43,466 nt of DNA from Bacteroidales bacterium (GCA_024400775.1 JAKSMF010000002.1:1-43466), one strand, 5' to 3'. Counted from the stretch's first letter, positions 23,889 to 32,544 are shown. Notes: generated by a model from the letters alone, not told the origin. Numbers and translations: made by a program.

Positions 23889-25052
23889 TTATCGACTAAT
23901 AATAACTTTCTGATTTAAGGTTTCTCCGTTGGCGAAGATTAGGTTGGCGACGTAAATCCCTTCCGCCAACTGACTGATGTCCAACGATTTTTCGTTGGAG
24001 GAAAGCACTTGCTGGCCCATGGCGTTGAAGAGGCGCATTTCGCTGATGCCGTCGCCGTTGATGTTCAGCACGCTGTTGGCAGGATTCGGGTAGATGCTTA
24101 CGTTATTGTCGTTTTCGCTGATGCCGGTCTGCCCTTGGCATGAGGCGAAGAAGTTGTAGATTTCGGTGGTGTAGTCAATATCGTTAACGGGTGTGTAGTA
24201 CCATTCGTGGTCGCCGCCGTTGACTTTGATGAAAACGGTCTTGCTGTCGTTGTTGCCGTTGGTGTATTCGTATCTTTCAAAGGTGAGTGAGTCGTTGGTG
24301 AGGTCAGGGTAGTTGGTGACGATGGGAGTGGCGGAGCATTGGTTGAAGTTGCGCCAGTAGTCAACGGTGGCTTCTGCGCCGAGACCGACGCTGACGGATA
24401 CGATGGCGACGTTGAAGTCAGCGTTGTCGTAACCCACTGTGCCGTCGGCGGTACCGTGAATGTGCATGGTGCTGACGTTGGCGTTGGGTGTGGCGGCTTT
24501 CACTTCGTTGCCGATGGTGCCGCTCACGGAAGCGATGGCCTTGATGCGGTCGGCATGCTCAATGGCGAGACGATTGGCCATGAAGCCGCCCATCGAGAAA
24601 CCGGTGACGAATACGTTGTTTTGATCTACGTTGTAGTTGGCAATCAGGTCGTCAAGGATGGCCATCATGAAGCCGGAGTCATCGACACCATCGTTAATGA
24701 CGATGTCGCTGCCGAGGAAGTTAGCGCTGACACCGGAGTTCCAAGCAGTGCCGATTTCCATCGACTGACCCAGCAATGAAACGGAGGCAACGAGGGCCTG
24801 CGGTGTCACCACAATCCAACCGTGTTGATTGGCGATGGATCTGAAACCGCTGGCATTGAACATGTTGGACATGTCATCGCCCAAGCCGTGCAGCACGAAA
24901 AGCACCGGTGCGGGCGTACTCGCATTATAACTTGTCGGTACATACTCCAAATATTCGCGCTCGGCACCACCGAAATTCATGGTTTTTGTGGTCTGCGCCT
25001 GAACGGCGATCAATAATGCGATGATGGCAAAAAAGGTAAAGATTTTTTTCAT
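23889..25052 (-). CDS. T9SS-secreted esterase (PHB-depolymerase/LpqC-type alpha/beta hydrolase)
   Basis: 387 aa with a signal peptide, LFVLHGLGDD, nucleophile elbow GFSMGG and HIHGTADGTV. C-terminus VSIYPNPANSVLNING...GIYVANLIF...KVIISR. Confidence 0.75.
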   Translation of the reverse strand: MKKIFTFFAIIALLIAVQAQTTKTMNFGGAEREYLEYVPTSYNASTPAPVLFVLHGLGDDMSNMFNASGFRSIANQHGWIVVTPQALVASVSLLGQSMEIGTAWNSGVSANFLGSDIVINDGVDDSGFMMAILDDLIANYNVDQNNVFVTGFSMGGFMANRLAIEHADRIKAIASVSGTIGNEVKAATPNANVSTMHIHGTADGTVGYDNADFNVAIVSVSVGLGAEATVDYWRNFNQCSATPIVTNYPDLTNDSLTFERYEYTNGNNDSKTVFIKVNGGDHEWYYTPVNDIDYTTEIYNFFASCQGQTGISENDNNVSIYPNPANSVLNINGDGISEMRLFNAMGQQVLSSNEKSLDISQLAEGIYVANLIFANGETLNQKVIISR

Positions 25053-25064
25053 AATTATAAGGGA

Positions 25065-25943
25065 TTAATGATGATTGGTAATGTATTCGTTTAATTCTTC
25101 TATGGAAGAAGAGAAGGTGAATGCACCGTTTACGTAATAGTAGTTTTCGGGGTCGAAACAGTAGTCGTAGGCGACTTTGGGCAGTGTGAGTGTTGTGTGT
25201 TCAAGAGTGAAGAGTTGTGCGATGGACTTCAATTGCTCCGCAGTCATCAGTTCGTTGCTGATGGCTTGTTTTGCGATGGTTAGTTTGCTTTCTTCAAACG
25301 ACTGATTTTGAATAAGTTGCTCGATTCTCTGGAAGGTGGCAGTGGGACAGGGCATCGGCTGTTGTGGCGGTTCTTGAACGACCACTACGGTCGGGACCTC
25401 CTGTTCGTGGTGGCCATCGTGATGAATGTCGCCATGATTGTCGTGACGGTTGTTGCCATGGCCTATTCCGTTATGCGGATGTTCGTCCTGCGGTTGATAG
25501 CCGGAATTCTGCCAGCCGCGATGGTTGTTTTGGCTGTTACGTCCGTGGCGTGTTCCCAGTACATCGCGTTCGTCGTTTACCGAAGGTATAACAAGTGGTG
25601 TAACTATTTCAGCGTGAATAGAATAATCAACTGGGCGAAGAGTGAGCCGGCGGCTGCGCGTGTCATAGTCCAATTCATAATTGTTGTTGCCGCCGCGGAG
25701 TTGCAGGGCCAGCGTGACTTCGGAGTATGATTTGTTTTTCAAAATGATGCGGATGGTGTAGTTTTCCGCTGCCATATTCAAGATGGTGATGGATTTCACC
25801 TCATCTTTGTTTTGCAGTGCTTCGTTCACGTAAATCCAAAAACTCTCGTGGCGAGTACTCTGAATCGTCAGCGCCGTGCGTGGTTGTGCGATTGCGCCAA
25901 AAACACTCATCGTGAAAAGAAAAAGAAGTATGAATTTTTTCAT
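25065..25943 (-). CDS. Secreted His-rich protein with a DUF4476-like C-terminal domain
   Basis: 292 aa with a signal peptide. The N-terminal beta domain is shared with 26148..26696. His-rich linker HPHNGIGHGNNRHDNHGDIHHDGHHEQE. C-terminus SFEESKLTIAKQAI...FTLEHTTLTLPKVAYDYCFDPENYY. Confidence 0.7.
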   Translation of the reverse strand: MKKFILLFLFTMSVFGAIAQPRTALTIQSTRHESFWIYVNEALQNKDEVKSITILNMAAENYTIRIILKNKSYSEVTLALQLRGGNNNYELDYDTRSRRLTLRPVDYSIHAEIVTPLVIPSVNDERDVLGTRHGRNSQNNHRGWQNSGYQPQDEHPHNGIGHGNNRHDNHGDIHHDGHHEQEVPTVVVVQEPPQQPMPCPTATFQRIEQLIQNQSFEESKLTIAKQAISNELMTAEQLKSIAQLFTLEHTTLTLPKVAYDYCFDPENYYYVNGAFTFSSSIEELNEYITNHH

Positions 25944-25991
25944 AATAAATTGAAAGTTAGTAAAAAATGATCGTTTTGGTTTTTAAGGTTG

Positions 25992-25999
25992 CAAAGATA
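25992..25999 (-). promoter_or_regulatory. -7 box (TATCTTTG on the minus strand) upstream of the 25943 operon
   Basis: The + strand reads caaagata, 49 nt upstream of the ATG. Confidence 0.55.
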
Positions 26000-26147
26000 C
26001 AAATTTATTTTATAAACGGAAATTAGGTCAGACGATAAAGGTTCTGGTGCGCTCCGCCCTTATAAACTAATCCCAAAAGAAACGACCACCGAAATTCGAT
26101 GGCCGTCTCCAAAATAAATAGAACTGTATGGAAGTAGGAATGTTAGT

Positions 26148-26696
26148 CTATCTGTGACCGTGCGTCGTCGGGTGATTGTTGCCGTGGTTTCCACCGTTGT
26201 GGTTGTGATTAGGGCCGTTTGGGTGATTCGGCGTGCCTGGGTGTCCCGGAGTGGGATGTGCAGGGTGTGCGTTGTGGCCATGGCCCGGCATCGGACGTGG
26301 GGCTGGGTTGTGTAGTGGCATCGGGTGCGGACGGGGTGCGGGTCTCAGAAATGGTACGGAGAAGTGGTATGCGAGAACACGATTCGTACGTACAAAACCT
26401 AAATAATTGTTATTCTTACGATAGTCAACGGTGAAGTAGTTGTTGCCATTGTAAATGGTGTGGTTCATAACGGTAACTGCGCGAACGGGAGAAACTTGTT
26501 CGATGCGGATTTCGTAGTTGCCGGTTGCCAATCCCGATATGCAGATCGATTCGACGGGACTGTTGTTCTGTAATACGCCGTTGATGTAAACGTAAAATGT
26601 TTCATGATGCGTTTCTGAAACAATTAGCGAAGCGGCTTCGACCTTAGCCGCAAGTGCGAATAAAATCGCGACGATGAAATAAACTGACTTTTTCAT
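26148..26696 (-). CDS. Secreted protein with a His/Pro/Asn/Gly-rich tail (paralog of the 25065 N-domain)
   Basis: 182 aa. HETFYVYINGVLQNNSPVESICISGLATGNYEIRI parallels HESFWIYVNEALQNKDEVKSITILNMAAENYTIRI. Tail: HPMPLHNPAPRPMPGHGHNAHPAHPTPGHPGTPNHPNGPNHNHNGGNHGNNHPTTHGHR. Confidence 0.7.
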   Translation of the reverse strand: MKKSVYFIVAILFALAAKVEAASLIVSETHHETFYVYINGVLQNNSPVESICISGLATGNYEIRIEQVSPVRAVTVMNHTIYNGNNYFTVDYRKNNNYLGFVRTNRVLAYHFSVPFLRPAPRPHPMPLHNPAPRPMPGHGHNAHPAHPTPGHPGTPNHPNGPNHNHNGGNHGNNHPTTHGHR

Positions 26697-26744
26697 AAGG
26701 CTTGGTCTTTAAAAGTGAATAATGCCTAAATAGAAGCCCTATGA

Positions 26745-26784
26745 GAAAAAAAGTTTAAAACAGGCAACAAAAGGATGTTGCCTG
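26745..26784 (-). terminator. Rho-independent terminator after the Fe-S gene
   Basis: 8-bp stem caggcaac(26761-26768)/gttgcctg(26777-26784), followed on the minus strand by ttttaaacttttttt. Confidence 0.75.
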
Positions 26785-26823
26785 TGTGGTGTCATGGTTT
26801 GTTAGGGGGTGGACTCTTTGTTT

Positions 26824-28113
26824 TTAGCTTCCCATTACGAGTGCGTCGGCGACGACTTCGGCGATGGACTTGATTTCGACGCCCAGTTTGTAGGTGTGGT
26901 CGATTTGCATGAGTTGGTCAACGCAGTTGTGGCACGGGGTGATGACCACGTCGGCGCCGGTAGCGCGGATTTGGTTGGCTTTGATTTCGCCGACTTTCAG
27001 ACGACGCTCGTTATATTCGCTCATGGCGAGCATGCCGCCACCGCCGCCGCAACAGAAGTTCTCGTTGCCGTACGGGTCCATCTCTATCAGTTCGGGAACG
27101 GCGCTTTTGACCACGAAGCGCAGTGCTTGGAACAAGCCGCCGTTGCGCGTGATGTTGCACGGGTCGTGCATGGTGTATTTCTTGGTATTCAGCGTTTTAT
27201 CAAGTTTGATGCGCCCGGTCTTGATGTATTTTTCCAACAATTCCACCAATGAAACCATCTCAAACTGTGGCGTTTCCTTCATGTAGTTGGGAGACTCCCA
27301 GCGCAGTGCGCGTGTGCCGTGACCACATTCGCCCAGGATCAGGGTTTTGCAACCCAGGTTTTTGACTTCATCGTACATGTTTTTGGCGATGATGGTGGCT
27401 TCTTCGTCGTTGCCGGAAAAGTAGCCGTAGTTGGTGACGTCGTACATTTTGGTAGAGAGAGTCCAACTTTCGCCGGCGGCGTGGAAGATTTTTGCGGCGG
27501 CAGCGATGGAGAGCGGGAAGAACTTGGGTTCGCGCGGGTTGAGAGTGTAAAGGAAATCCTTGCCAGGTTCGTTAAGCGGGATGGTGGCGTTTTCGAAACC
27601 CTCTTCATCCTGCATTTCTTCCTCCATCCATTGGATGGTATCTACAAATTCGTCTTCTGGGATGCCCATGTTGTTGCCGGTGTTGACGGCGGCATCGACG
27701 GTGGCCTGCAGGCTCTTGGGGACCATGCCCATGGTGGCGAGCATACGGCGGCCGGTACGTACCACGAACGGAATATCAACGCCGATGGAGCAATGGGCCA
27801 CGCAGCGACCGCACATGGTGCAGGCACCATAGAGCGAGTCAACCATTTCATCAATCATCTCGTCGTCGAGGTCGCGGGCGTGGGTGAGTTTGGGAGCCAC
27901 CTTGCCCATGGTGGTGCAGTAACGACGATAGAGGGAGGCGACGAGGTCAACCTTTTTACCAGGAATGAACTTCGGGTCGTCGAAGGTTTTGAAAAAGAGG
28001 CAGCTGGTGCCGCACAATCCGCAGTGTACGCAGGAGTTGAGGTGGGTTACCAGTTTGCTGTCCGCCGGATGACGGAGGATGTCCAATGCTTTTTCGGTTA
28101 ATTCAGGATTCAT
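26824..28113 (-). CDS. HdrD/GlpC/LutA-like (Fe-S)-binding oxidoreductase with CCG domains
   Basis: 429 aa. Two 4Fe-4S motifs (CVHCGLCGTSC, CTMCGRCVAHC) and Cys-rich CCG-type segments (MHDPCNITRNGG, ENFCCGGGGG, ITPCHNCVDQL). Confidence 0.8.
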   Translation of the reverse strand: MNPELTEKALDILRHPADSKLVTHLNSCVHCGLCGTSCLFFKTFDDPKFIPGKKVDLVASLYRRYCTTMGKVAPKLTHARDLDDEMIDEMVDSLYGACTMCGRCVAHCSIGVDIPFVVRTGRRMLATMGMVPKSLQATVDAAVNTGNNMGIPEDEFVDTIQWMEEEMQDEEGFENATIPLNEPGKDFLYTLNPREPKFFPLSIAAAAKIFHAAGESWTLSTKMYDVTNYGYFSGNDEEATIIAKNMYDEVKNLGCKTLILGECGHGTRALRWESPNYMKETPQFEMVSLVELLEKYIKTGRIKLDKTLNTKKYTMHDPCNITRNGGLFQALRFVVKSAVPELIEMDPYGNENFCCGGGGGMLAMSEYNERRLKVGEIKANQIRATGADVVITPCHNCVDQLMQIDHTYKLGVEIKSIAEVVADALVMGS

Positions 28114-28189
28114 AAGGAGGGAAATAAGGTTATAGGGAAATAAGGTTATAGGGTTATGAGGTTAAGGAGATAAGAGGTTAAGTAGTAAG
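28112..28189. repeat. 78-nt C-free (+) / G-free (mRNA) word-repeat spacer abutting the Fe-S gene ATG
   Basis: Contains a perfect 16-bp tandem gggaaataaggttata x2 (28119-28134, 28135-28150), then gggttatgaggttaaggagataagagg. The 96-nt gap has one C. Confidence 0.9.
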
Positions 28190-28204
28190 CAGGAAGTAAA
28201 AAAT

Positions 28205-28236
28205 AATTTTCAATTTTCAACTTTCAATTTTAAAAG
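28205..28236 (+). repeat. TTCAA-word element, copy 4
   Basis: aattttcaattttcaactttcaattttaaaag encodes the last residues (LKLKVEN) and the stop (28210-28212) of the PatB-like gene. Confidence 0.8.
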
Positions 28237-29385
28237 TCGGTGCATGGCTTCTTTGACGGTGGCGCGGGGGCAGGCGAGGTTGATGCGCATGCAGTTGTCG
28301 CCGGCGGTGCCGAAAGCTTTGCCGTCGTTGAGGCCGAGTCGGGCGGTGTGGATGAGTTTGTCGGTGAGTTGTTGGTGGGTGAGTCCCAGTTTTTGGAAGT
28401 TAACCCAGAGCAGGTAGGTGGCTTCGTGGCGGTAGGTCTGGAGTTCGGGCAGGTTTTCGGCCATGAAGTTTTTGCAGTAGTTGACGTTATCGGTCAGATA
28501 CTCACGGAGTTGGTCGAGCCATTCGGCGCCGTGGGTGTAGGCGGCCTGCGAGGCGACGCTGCCGAAGATGTTGCCGTAGATGTGGACGGTATCGTTAAGG
28601 AAAGCCTTGTATTTGGCGCGGATGTCGGGGTTCGGAATGATGATTTCGGAGGTGAACATGCCGGCGAGGTTGAAGGTTTTGCTCGGTGCCATGCAGGTGA
28701 TGGTGTTTTGTGCGATTTCTTCCGAAAGAGTAGCGACGGGCGTGTGCTTTTGTCCGCGCATCATCAGGTCGGAGTGGATTTCGTCGCTGATGAGGAGGCA
28801 GTTGTATTTGAGGCAGAGTTCGGCGACGGGGCGGAGTTCTTCAGGCTTCCACGCGCGACCGAGCGGATTGTGCGGGTTGCTGATAATCATCATCTTAGGA
28901 TGCTGCTTCAGCTTGTCTTCCAAATCGTTGTAGTCCATCACGAAGCAATCGCCGTTGAGGCGGAGCGGGTTGAAAAGCAGTTCGCGCCCGTTTTTTTCCA
29001 CCACTTCGTAAAACGGCGGATAGACGGGTGTCTGGATGAGCACTTTGTCGCCTTTTTCGGTGAAATTCTGCACTAAAAACGAGAGTCCGGTAACGATGCC
29101 GGGGGAGAAGCAGATCCATTTGGAGGAGATGTTCCATTGATGTCGCTTCTGCATCCAAGAGACGATGGAGTGGTAATATTCGTCGGGGTGGAAGAAGTAG
29201 CCCATGACGGGGTGGTCGATACGTTGTCGCAGTGCGTCGAGGATGAAGTCGGGCGTGCGGAAGTCCATATCTGCTATCCACATTGGAAGGACTTCTTCAC
29301 TACCAAAAAAGTCGTTGCGTTTGTCATACTTCAGGCAGTTGCTGCCTTCACGCGGTACGATTTCGTCGAAATTGTATTTCTTCAT
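28210..29385 (-). CDS. MalY/PatB-family PLP-dependent C-S lyase (cystathionine beta-lyase-like)
   Basis: 391 aa from the ATG at 29385 (MKKYNFDEIVPREGSNCLKYD). ISNPHNPLGRAW, and APSKTFNLAG holding the PLP lysine. The 29409 start is a TTG inside the -7 box. Confidence 0.85.
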   Translation of the reverse strand: MKKYNFDEIVPREGSNCLKYDKRNDFFGSEEVLPMWIADMDFRTPDFILDALRQRIDHPVMGYFFHPDEYYHSIVSWMQKRHQWNISSKWICFSPGIVTGLSFLVQNFTEKGDKVLIQTPVYPPFYEVVEKNGRELLFNPLRLNGDCFVMDYNDLEDKLKQHPKMMIISNPHNPLGRAWKPEELRPVAELCLKYNCLLISDEIHSDLMMRGQKHTPVATLSEEIAQNTITCMAPSKTFNLAGMFTSEIIIPNPDIRAKYKAFLNDTVHIYGNIFGSVASQAAYTHGAEWLDQLREYLTDNVNYCKNFMAENLPELQTYRHEATYLLWVNFQKLGLTHQQLTDKLIHTARLGLNDGKAFGTAGDNCMRINLACPRATVKEAMHRLLKLKVEN

Positions 29386-29406
29386 TTCGAAAGTTTTTTC
29401 GGGCCG

Positions 29407-29414
29407 CAAAGATA
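29407..29414 (-). promoter_or_regulatory. -7 box (TATCTTTG on the minus strand) for the PatB/Fe-S operon
   Basis: The + strand reads caaagata, 22 nt upstream of the ATG at 29385. Confidence 0.55.
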
Positions 29415-29417
29415 CAA

Positions 29418-29464
29418 CTTTTTGAATTGAAAATTGAGAGTTGAAAATTGAAAATTAGGTCGGA
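29418..29464 (-). repeat. TTCAA-word element, copy 5 (inverted orientation)
   Basis: The reverse complement reads tccgacctaattttcaattttcaactctcaattttcaattcaaaaag. Together with copy 4 it brackets the PatB-like gene as an inverted pair. Confidence 0.8.
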
Positions 29465-29598
29465 GGACAAAGGTCAGAGGTCAAAGTGTCGGAGGTCGGA
29501 AGAATTTTGCACTTCGCCCTTCCTGCCTAAAAAACGATATGCGAAACGTAAATAATTCATTATCCATTATTCATCATCTATTAATTAAAAACTTTGTG

Positions 29599-29606
29599 TA
29601 ACTTTG
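29599..29606 (+). promoter_or_regulatory. -7 box TAACTTTG upstream of the 29623 operon
   Basis: Exact TAnnTTTG match, 17 nt upstream of the ATG at 29623. Confidence 0.6.
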
Positions 29607-29622
29607 CGCCTTAGTTCATATT

Positions 29623-30423
29623 ATGCGAAAAATATTACAACTTATTGTATTACTGAGTGTTATAGTTTTTTTTGCGGGGTGTTCCGCGAAGGAAAACGAA
29701 GGCGACAAGCATTCCGATAGCATTGCCATCAGCGGGCAGCTGAAGGGTGCGGAAGGGCGTACGCTTTATTTGCACCACCTTTCCGTGGATACGCTGAGCG
29801 TGGGCGGAGGTGAATATATCGGTTTGAGTAATAATGCGATACAAGGTGGAAACTTTTCGCTCGTCTGTAAACCCGACAATGACGAACCTGCATTTTACCG
29901 TATCGGTTTTAGCGCGCAGAACAGTATTACGACGTTGGCGAAGCGTGGGGAAAACATCAACATAAAGTTTACGAAAGTGGATACGCTTTGTCGCGAATAC
30001 ACGGTGACGGGCGGTAAGGACGCTCAGCTGATGTGCGAACTGGACCAGCATCTGAGCTGCTTTATTGATTCGGCGGAGCAGCTGTTGTTGTGGTATGAAT
30101 TTACCGATGATGACAGCGTACATGCGACGGTAAACAATGCCTATAATATTATTAAAGGTCATTATACCAGTTATTTACGTGATTTTATTGCAAAAAATCC
30201 GAAATCGCTGGCGACGATGGCCGCTTTTTACCAAAAATACCAAAACAGTACATTTTTTGATGAGGCCCGCGATTTGGCGTTGTTGGAGCAGATTTATAAA
30301 AATCTGCGCAAAGCGCATCCGAAGAATGAAAATGTGGTGTGGCTTTCAAAGCGGATTTCATTTATCAAAGAAAATTTGAAAAACGAACAAAATCAGGACG
30401 AAATTAGTTCCATAAATAAATAA
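29623..30423 (+). CDS. Lipoprotein, DUF4369-like N-terminus (hypothetical)
   Basis: 266 aa. Lipobox VFFAGCS, and ISGQLKGAEGRTLYLHHLS resembles the beta-sandwich found N-terminal to TlpA-like proteins. No thioredoxin domain is present. Confidence 0.5.
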   Translation: MRKILQLIVLLSVIVFFAGCSAKENEGDKHSDSIAISGQLKGAEGRTLYLHHLSVDTLSVGGGEYIGLSNNAIQGGNFSLVCKPDNDEPAFYRIGFSAQNSITTLAKRGENINIKFTKVDTLCREYTVTGGKDAQLMCELDQHLSCFIDSAEQLLLWYEFTDDDSVHATVNNAYNIIKGHYTSYLRDFIAKNPKSLATMAAFYQKYQNSTFFDEARDLALLEQIYKNLRKAHPKNENVVWLSKRISFIKENLKNEQNQDEISSINK

Positions 30424-30444
30424 TTAACATTAAAAAAAAGAAAC

Positions 30445-32211
30445 ATGAAGAAGATTTTTAGTCTTTTAGCAGTTGTTTTGATTGCTTTTCTCGCATTTGG
30501 CGTAAAGAGTGCGAATGCGCAGAACGAACCCATTTTTGCGGAAGATTTCAGTGCGGTTACCGGTAGCGGCACGCAGCAGTGTGAGGCCAGCGGTACTGCT
30601 TTCAATTCCACCACAATGGGCGAAGTTCTTCCGGGTTGGAGCGGTAACAAGGTTTATCCCGCCAACGGGAAGGTGAAACTGGGTACCAGTTCAGTCAATG
30701 GTGAGTTGCAGACTCCCGCTATCGACTTGAGCAGCTACGGCAGCATCCGCATCGTTTTCCAGGCCAGATCTTGGAATGGCAATGATGCCACCACGATGAC
30801 GGTTTATGTAAACAGCACCGCTTACACGGTTGAAGGTTTGCCGAACACCGGAACCACTTCGGACGTGCAGTGTGATTTGGAGACTTTTGAAATCATGGCC
30901 AGCGGCGGCGGCGCTACCACCATCCGTTTCGTGGCTTCTCCGCGTGCCTTCATCGACAACGTAGCCATCTATGCAGCTACCGAGCCGACGATTTCCGTTA
31001 TGGGCAACACCACTTTCAACAACGTTTCCGTAGGTCAGGCCTGCAACACCACTTTGGTTGCCAAAGGTTTCAACCTGCTTCCCGGCTCTACCACCGTTGC
31101 TTTGACCGGTGACAGCCAGTTTACCACCACCACCACTTCCATCGTGAACGATCTGTTGATGGACGAAGCCGGCGTTAACATCCCGGTTGCCTTCAGCGCA
31201 AATGCCGCTGGCGACTACTCCGCTACTTTGTCATTCAGCAACAGCGATTTGGCTGAACCGATTACGGTTGAATTGACCGCTCACGTTATTTCCGTTAACG
31301 AAATTCCCGCTATCGACCAGTTGCGCGCCCTCATCGACAACAGCGATGTCACCGCCAACGTTACCGATACCGTTTTCTACAAATACACTGGTCATGCTTA
31401 CATCACCCAGGTTTTCCAGGAAGGCAGCTATACCAAATGGATGCAGGATGCGACCGGCGCCATCCAGATTTACGATCCTGACGGATTGTTGGCTAATGTG
31501 ACTTACGGTCAGGAAATCACCAATGTGGTTGGCCTTTTGAGCAACTATTATGGTTATACCGAATTTAATGTTCAGGCTGGCATTTCCAACAGCGACATCA
31601 ACGCATTCCCGTCATCCGTTACCGAACCCATCGTAGTTACGTTGGCGCAGCTGCAAGATCAGGACTACATGGATGGTATTCAGGCACAGTTGATTAAGTT
31701 GGAAGGTGTGACTTTCGAAGCCACCGGCAACTTCGCAAACAAAACCCGTTATGTGGTTAGTCAGAATGGTGTAACCGATACCGCTGTCTATATCAACAGC
31801 ACGTACGACACTTATTACAACTTCCCGATTCCGACCGGCACGGTTGACGTTATCGGTGTAAATGTTCGTTCTTCTGCTTACAGAACCCCCACTTCTACCG
31901 GTAGCGACCGTGTAGCTTCACGTTACTACATTTGTCCGCGCGGCGATGGTTGGTCAACCAGCATTGCAGAAAACGAAATGGTAGAGGTTAAGGTTTTCCC
32001 GAACCCGACCAGCAGCGACGTAACGATTGCCATTGACGCTCCGGCAACGCAGGTAGCCATCTACAACATGATGGGCGAACTCGTTGACCGTCAGGCTATG
32101 AACGCCGGTGTCAGCACTGTTAAGATGAGCCATTTGATGAGCGGTGTCTATTTCCTCCGCATCTTCAATGATGACCAGTTGGTTGGCACTTCCAAAGTGG
32201 TGAGACAGTAA
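30445..32211 (+). CDS. T9SS-secreted hypothetical surface protein
   Basis: 588 aa with signal MKKIFSLLAVVLIAFLAFGVKSANAQ. C-terminus VKVFPNPTSSDVTIAI...GVYFLRIFNDDQLVGTSKVVRQ. Starts 21 nt after the lipoprotein gene. Confidence 0.8.
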   Translation: MKKIFSLLAVVLIAFLAFGVKSANAQNEPIFAEDFSAVTGSGTQQCEASGTAFNSTTMGEVLPGWSGNKVYPANGKVKLGTSSVNGELQTPAIDLSSYGSIRIVFQARSWNGNDATTMTVYVNSTAYTVEGLPNTGTTSDVQCDLETFEIMASGGGATTIRFVASPRAFIDNVAIYAATEPTISVMGNTTFNNVSVGQACNTTLVAKGFNLLPGSTTVALTGDSQFTTTTTSIVNDLLMDEAGVNIPVAFSANAAGDYSATLSFSNSDLAEPITVELTAHVISVNEIPAIDQLRALIDNSDVTANVTDTVFYKYTGHAYITQVFQEGSYTKWMQDATGAIQIYDPDGLLANVTYGQEITNVVGLLSNYYGYTEFNVQAGISNSDINAFPSSVTEPIVVTLAQLQDQDYMDGIQAQLIKLEGVTFEATGNFANKTRYVVSQNGVTDTAVYINSTYDTYYNFPIPTGTVDVIGVNVRSSAYRTPTSTGSDRVASRYYICPRGDGWSTSIAENEMVEVKVFPNPTSSDVTIAIDAPATQVAIYNMMGELVDRQAMNAGVSTVKMSHLMSGVYFLRIFNDDQLVGTSKVVRQ

Positions 32212-32248
32212 TACTATATTATAAGGCATCCTTTCGGGGATGGAAAGA

Positions 32249-32285
32249 GGGTCCGGGGCGCAGGAGCGTTTCGGACCCTTTTTTT
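32249..32285 (+). terminator. Rho-independent terminator
   Basis: Stem gggtccg(32249-32255)/cggaccc(32272-32278) followed by T7. Confidence 0.8.
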
Positions 32286-32443
32286 GTGAGAGATGAGAGA
32301 TGAGGTGATAAGAGATAAGAGATAAGAGAAGCGAGATGAGAGGTGAGATGGGAGAAGGGAGATGGGAGATGAGAGAAAAGGACCTCCGTCTTTCCTGCTT
32401 ACTGCTTACTGCTTACTGCTTATTATTTACTGCTTCCTGCTTG
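32279..32443 (+). repeat. Purine-word block (gagatgagag/gataagaga/gggagat) followed by a pyrimidine-word block (cttactg x3-4)
   Basis: 32279-32382 holds a single C (at 32332). 32383-32443 is G-poor with a 7-bp period ctgcttactgcttactgcttactgctt. Confidence 0.85.
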
Positions 32444-32534
32444 TAAATGCTTGATTTTCAATGGTGCAAATCTTAAAAATATATAAATTGTTGAAAAAAT
32501 GTTGAAAAGTCGGTGCGATTTAAAAAAATATATG

Positions 32535-32542
32535 TATTTTTG
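32535..32542 (+). promoter_or_regulatory. -7 box TATTTTTG with no adjacent ORF
   Basis: Same gtatttttgcagcc context as the glnS promoter. The next ATG-initiated ORF starts 293 nt downstream. Confidence 0.5.
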
Positions 32543-32544
32543 CA

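Noticed and set aside
28210-29409. PatB-like gene starting at 29409 as listed
   Set aside because: That start is a TTG lying inside the TATCTTTG -7 box. The ATG at 29385 (MKKYNF...) sits at a sensible distance from the promoter.
32340-32372. G-quadruplex in atgggagaagggagatgggag
   Set aside because: Only three GGG runs are present, and a canonical intramolecular quadruplex needs four.
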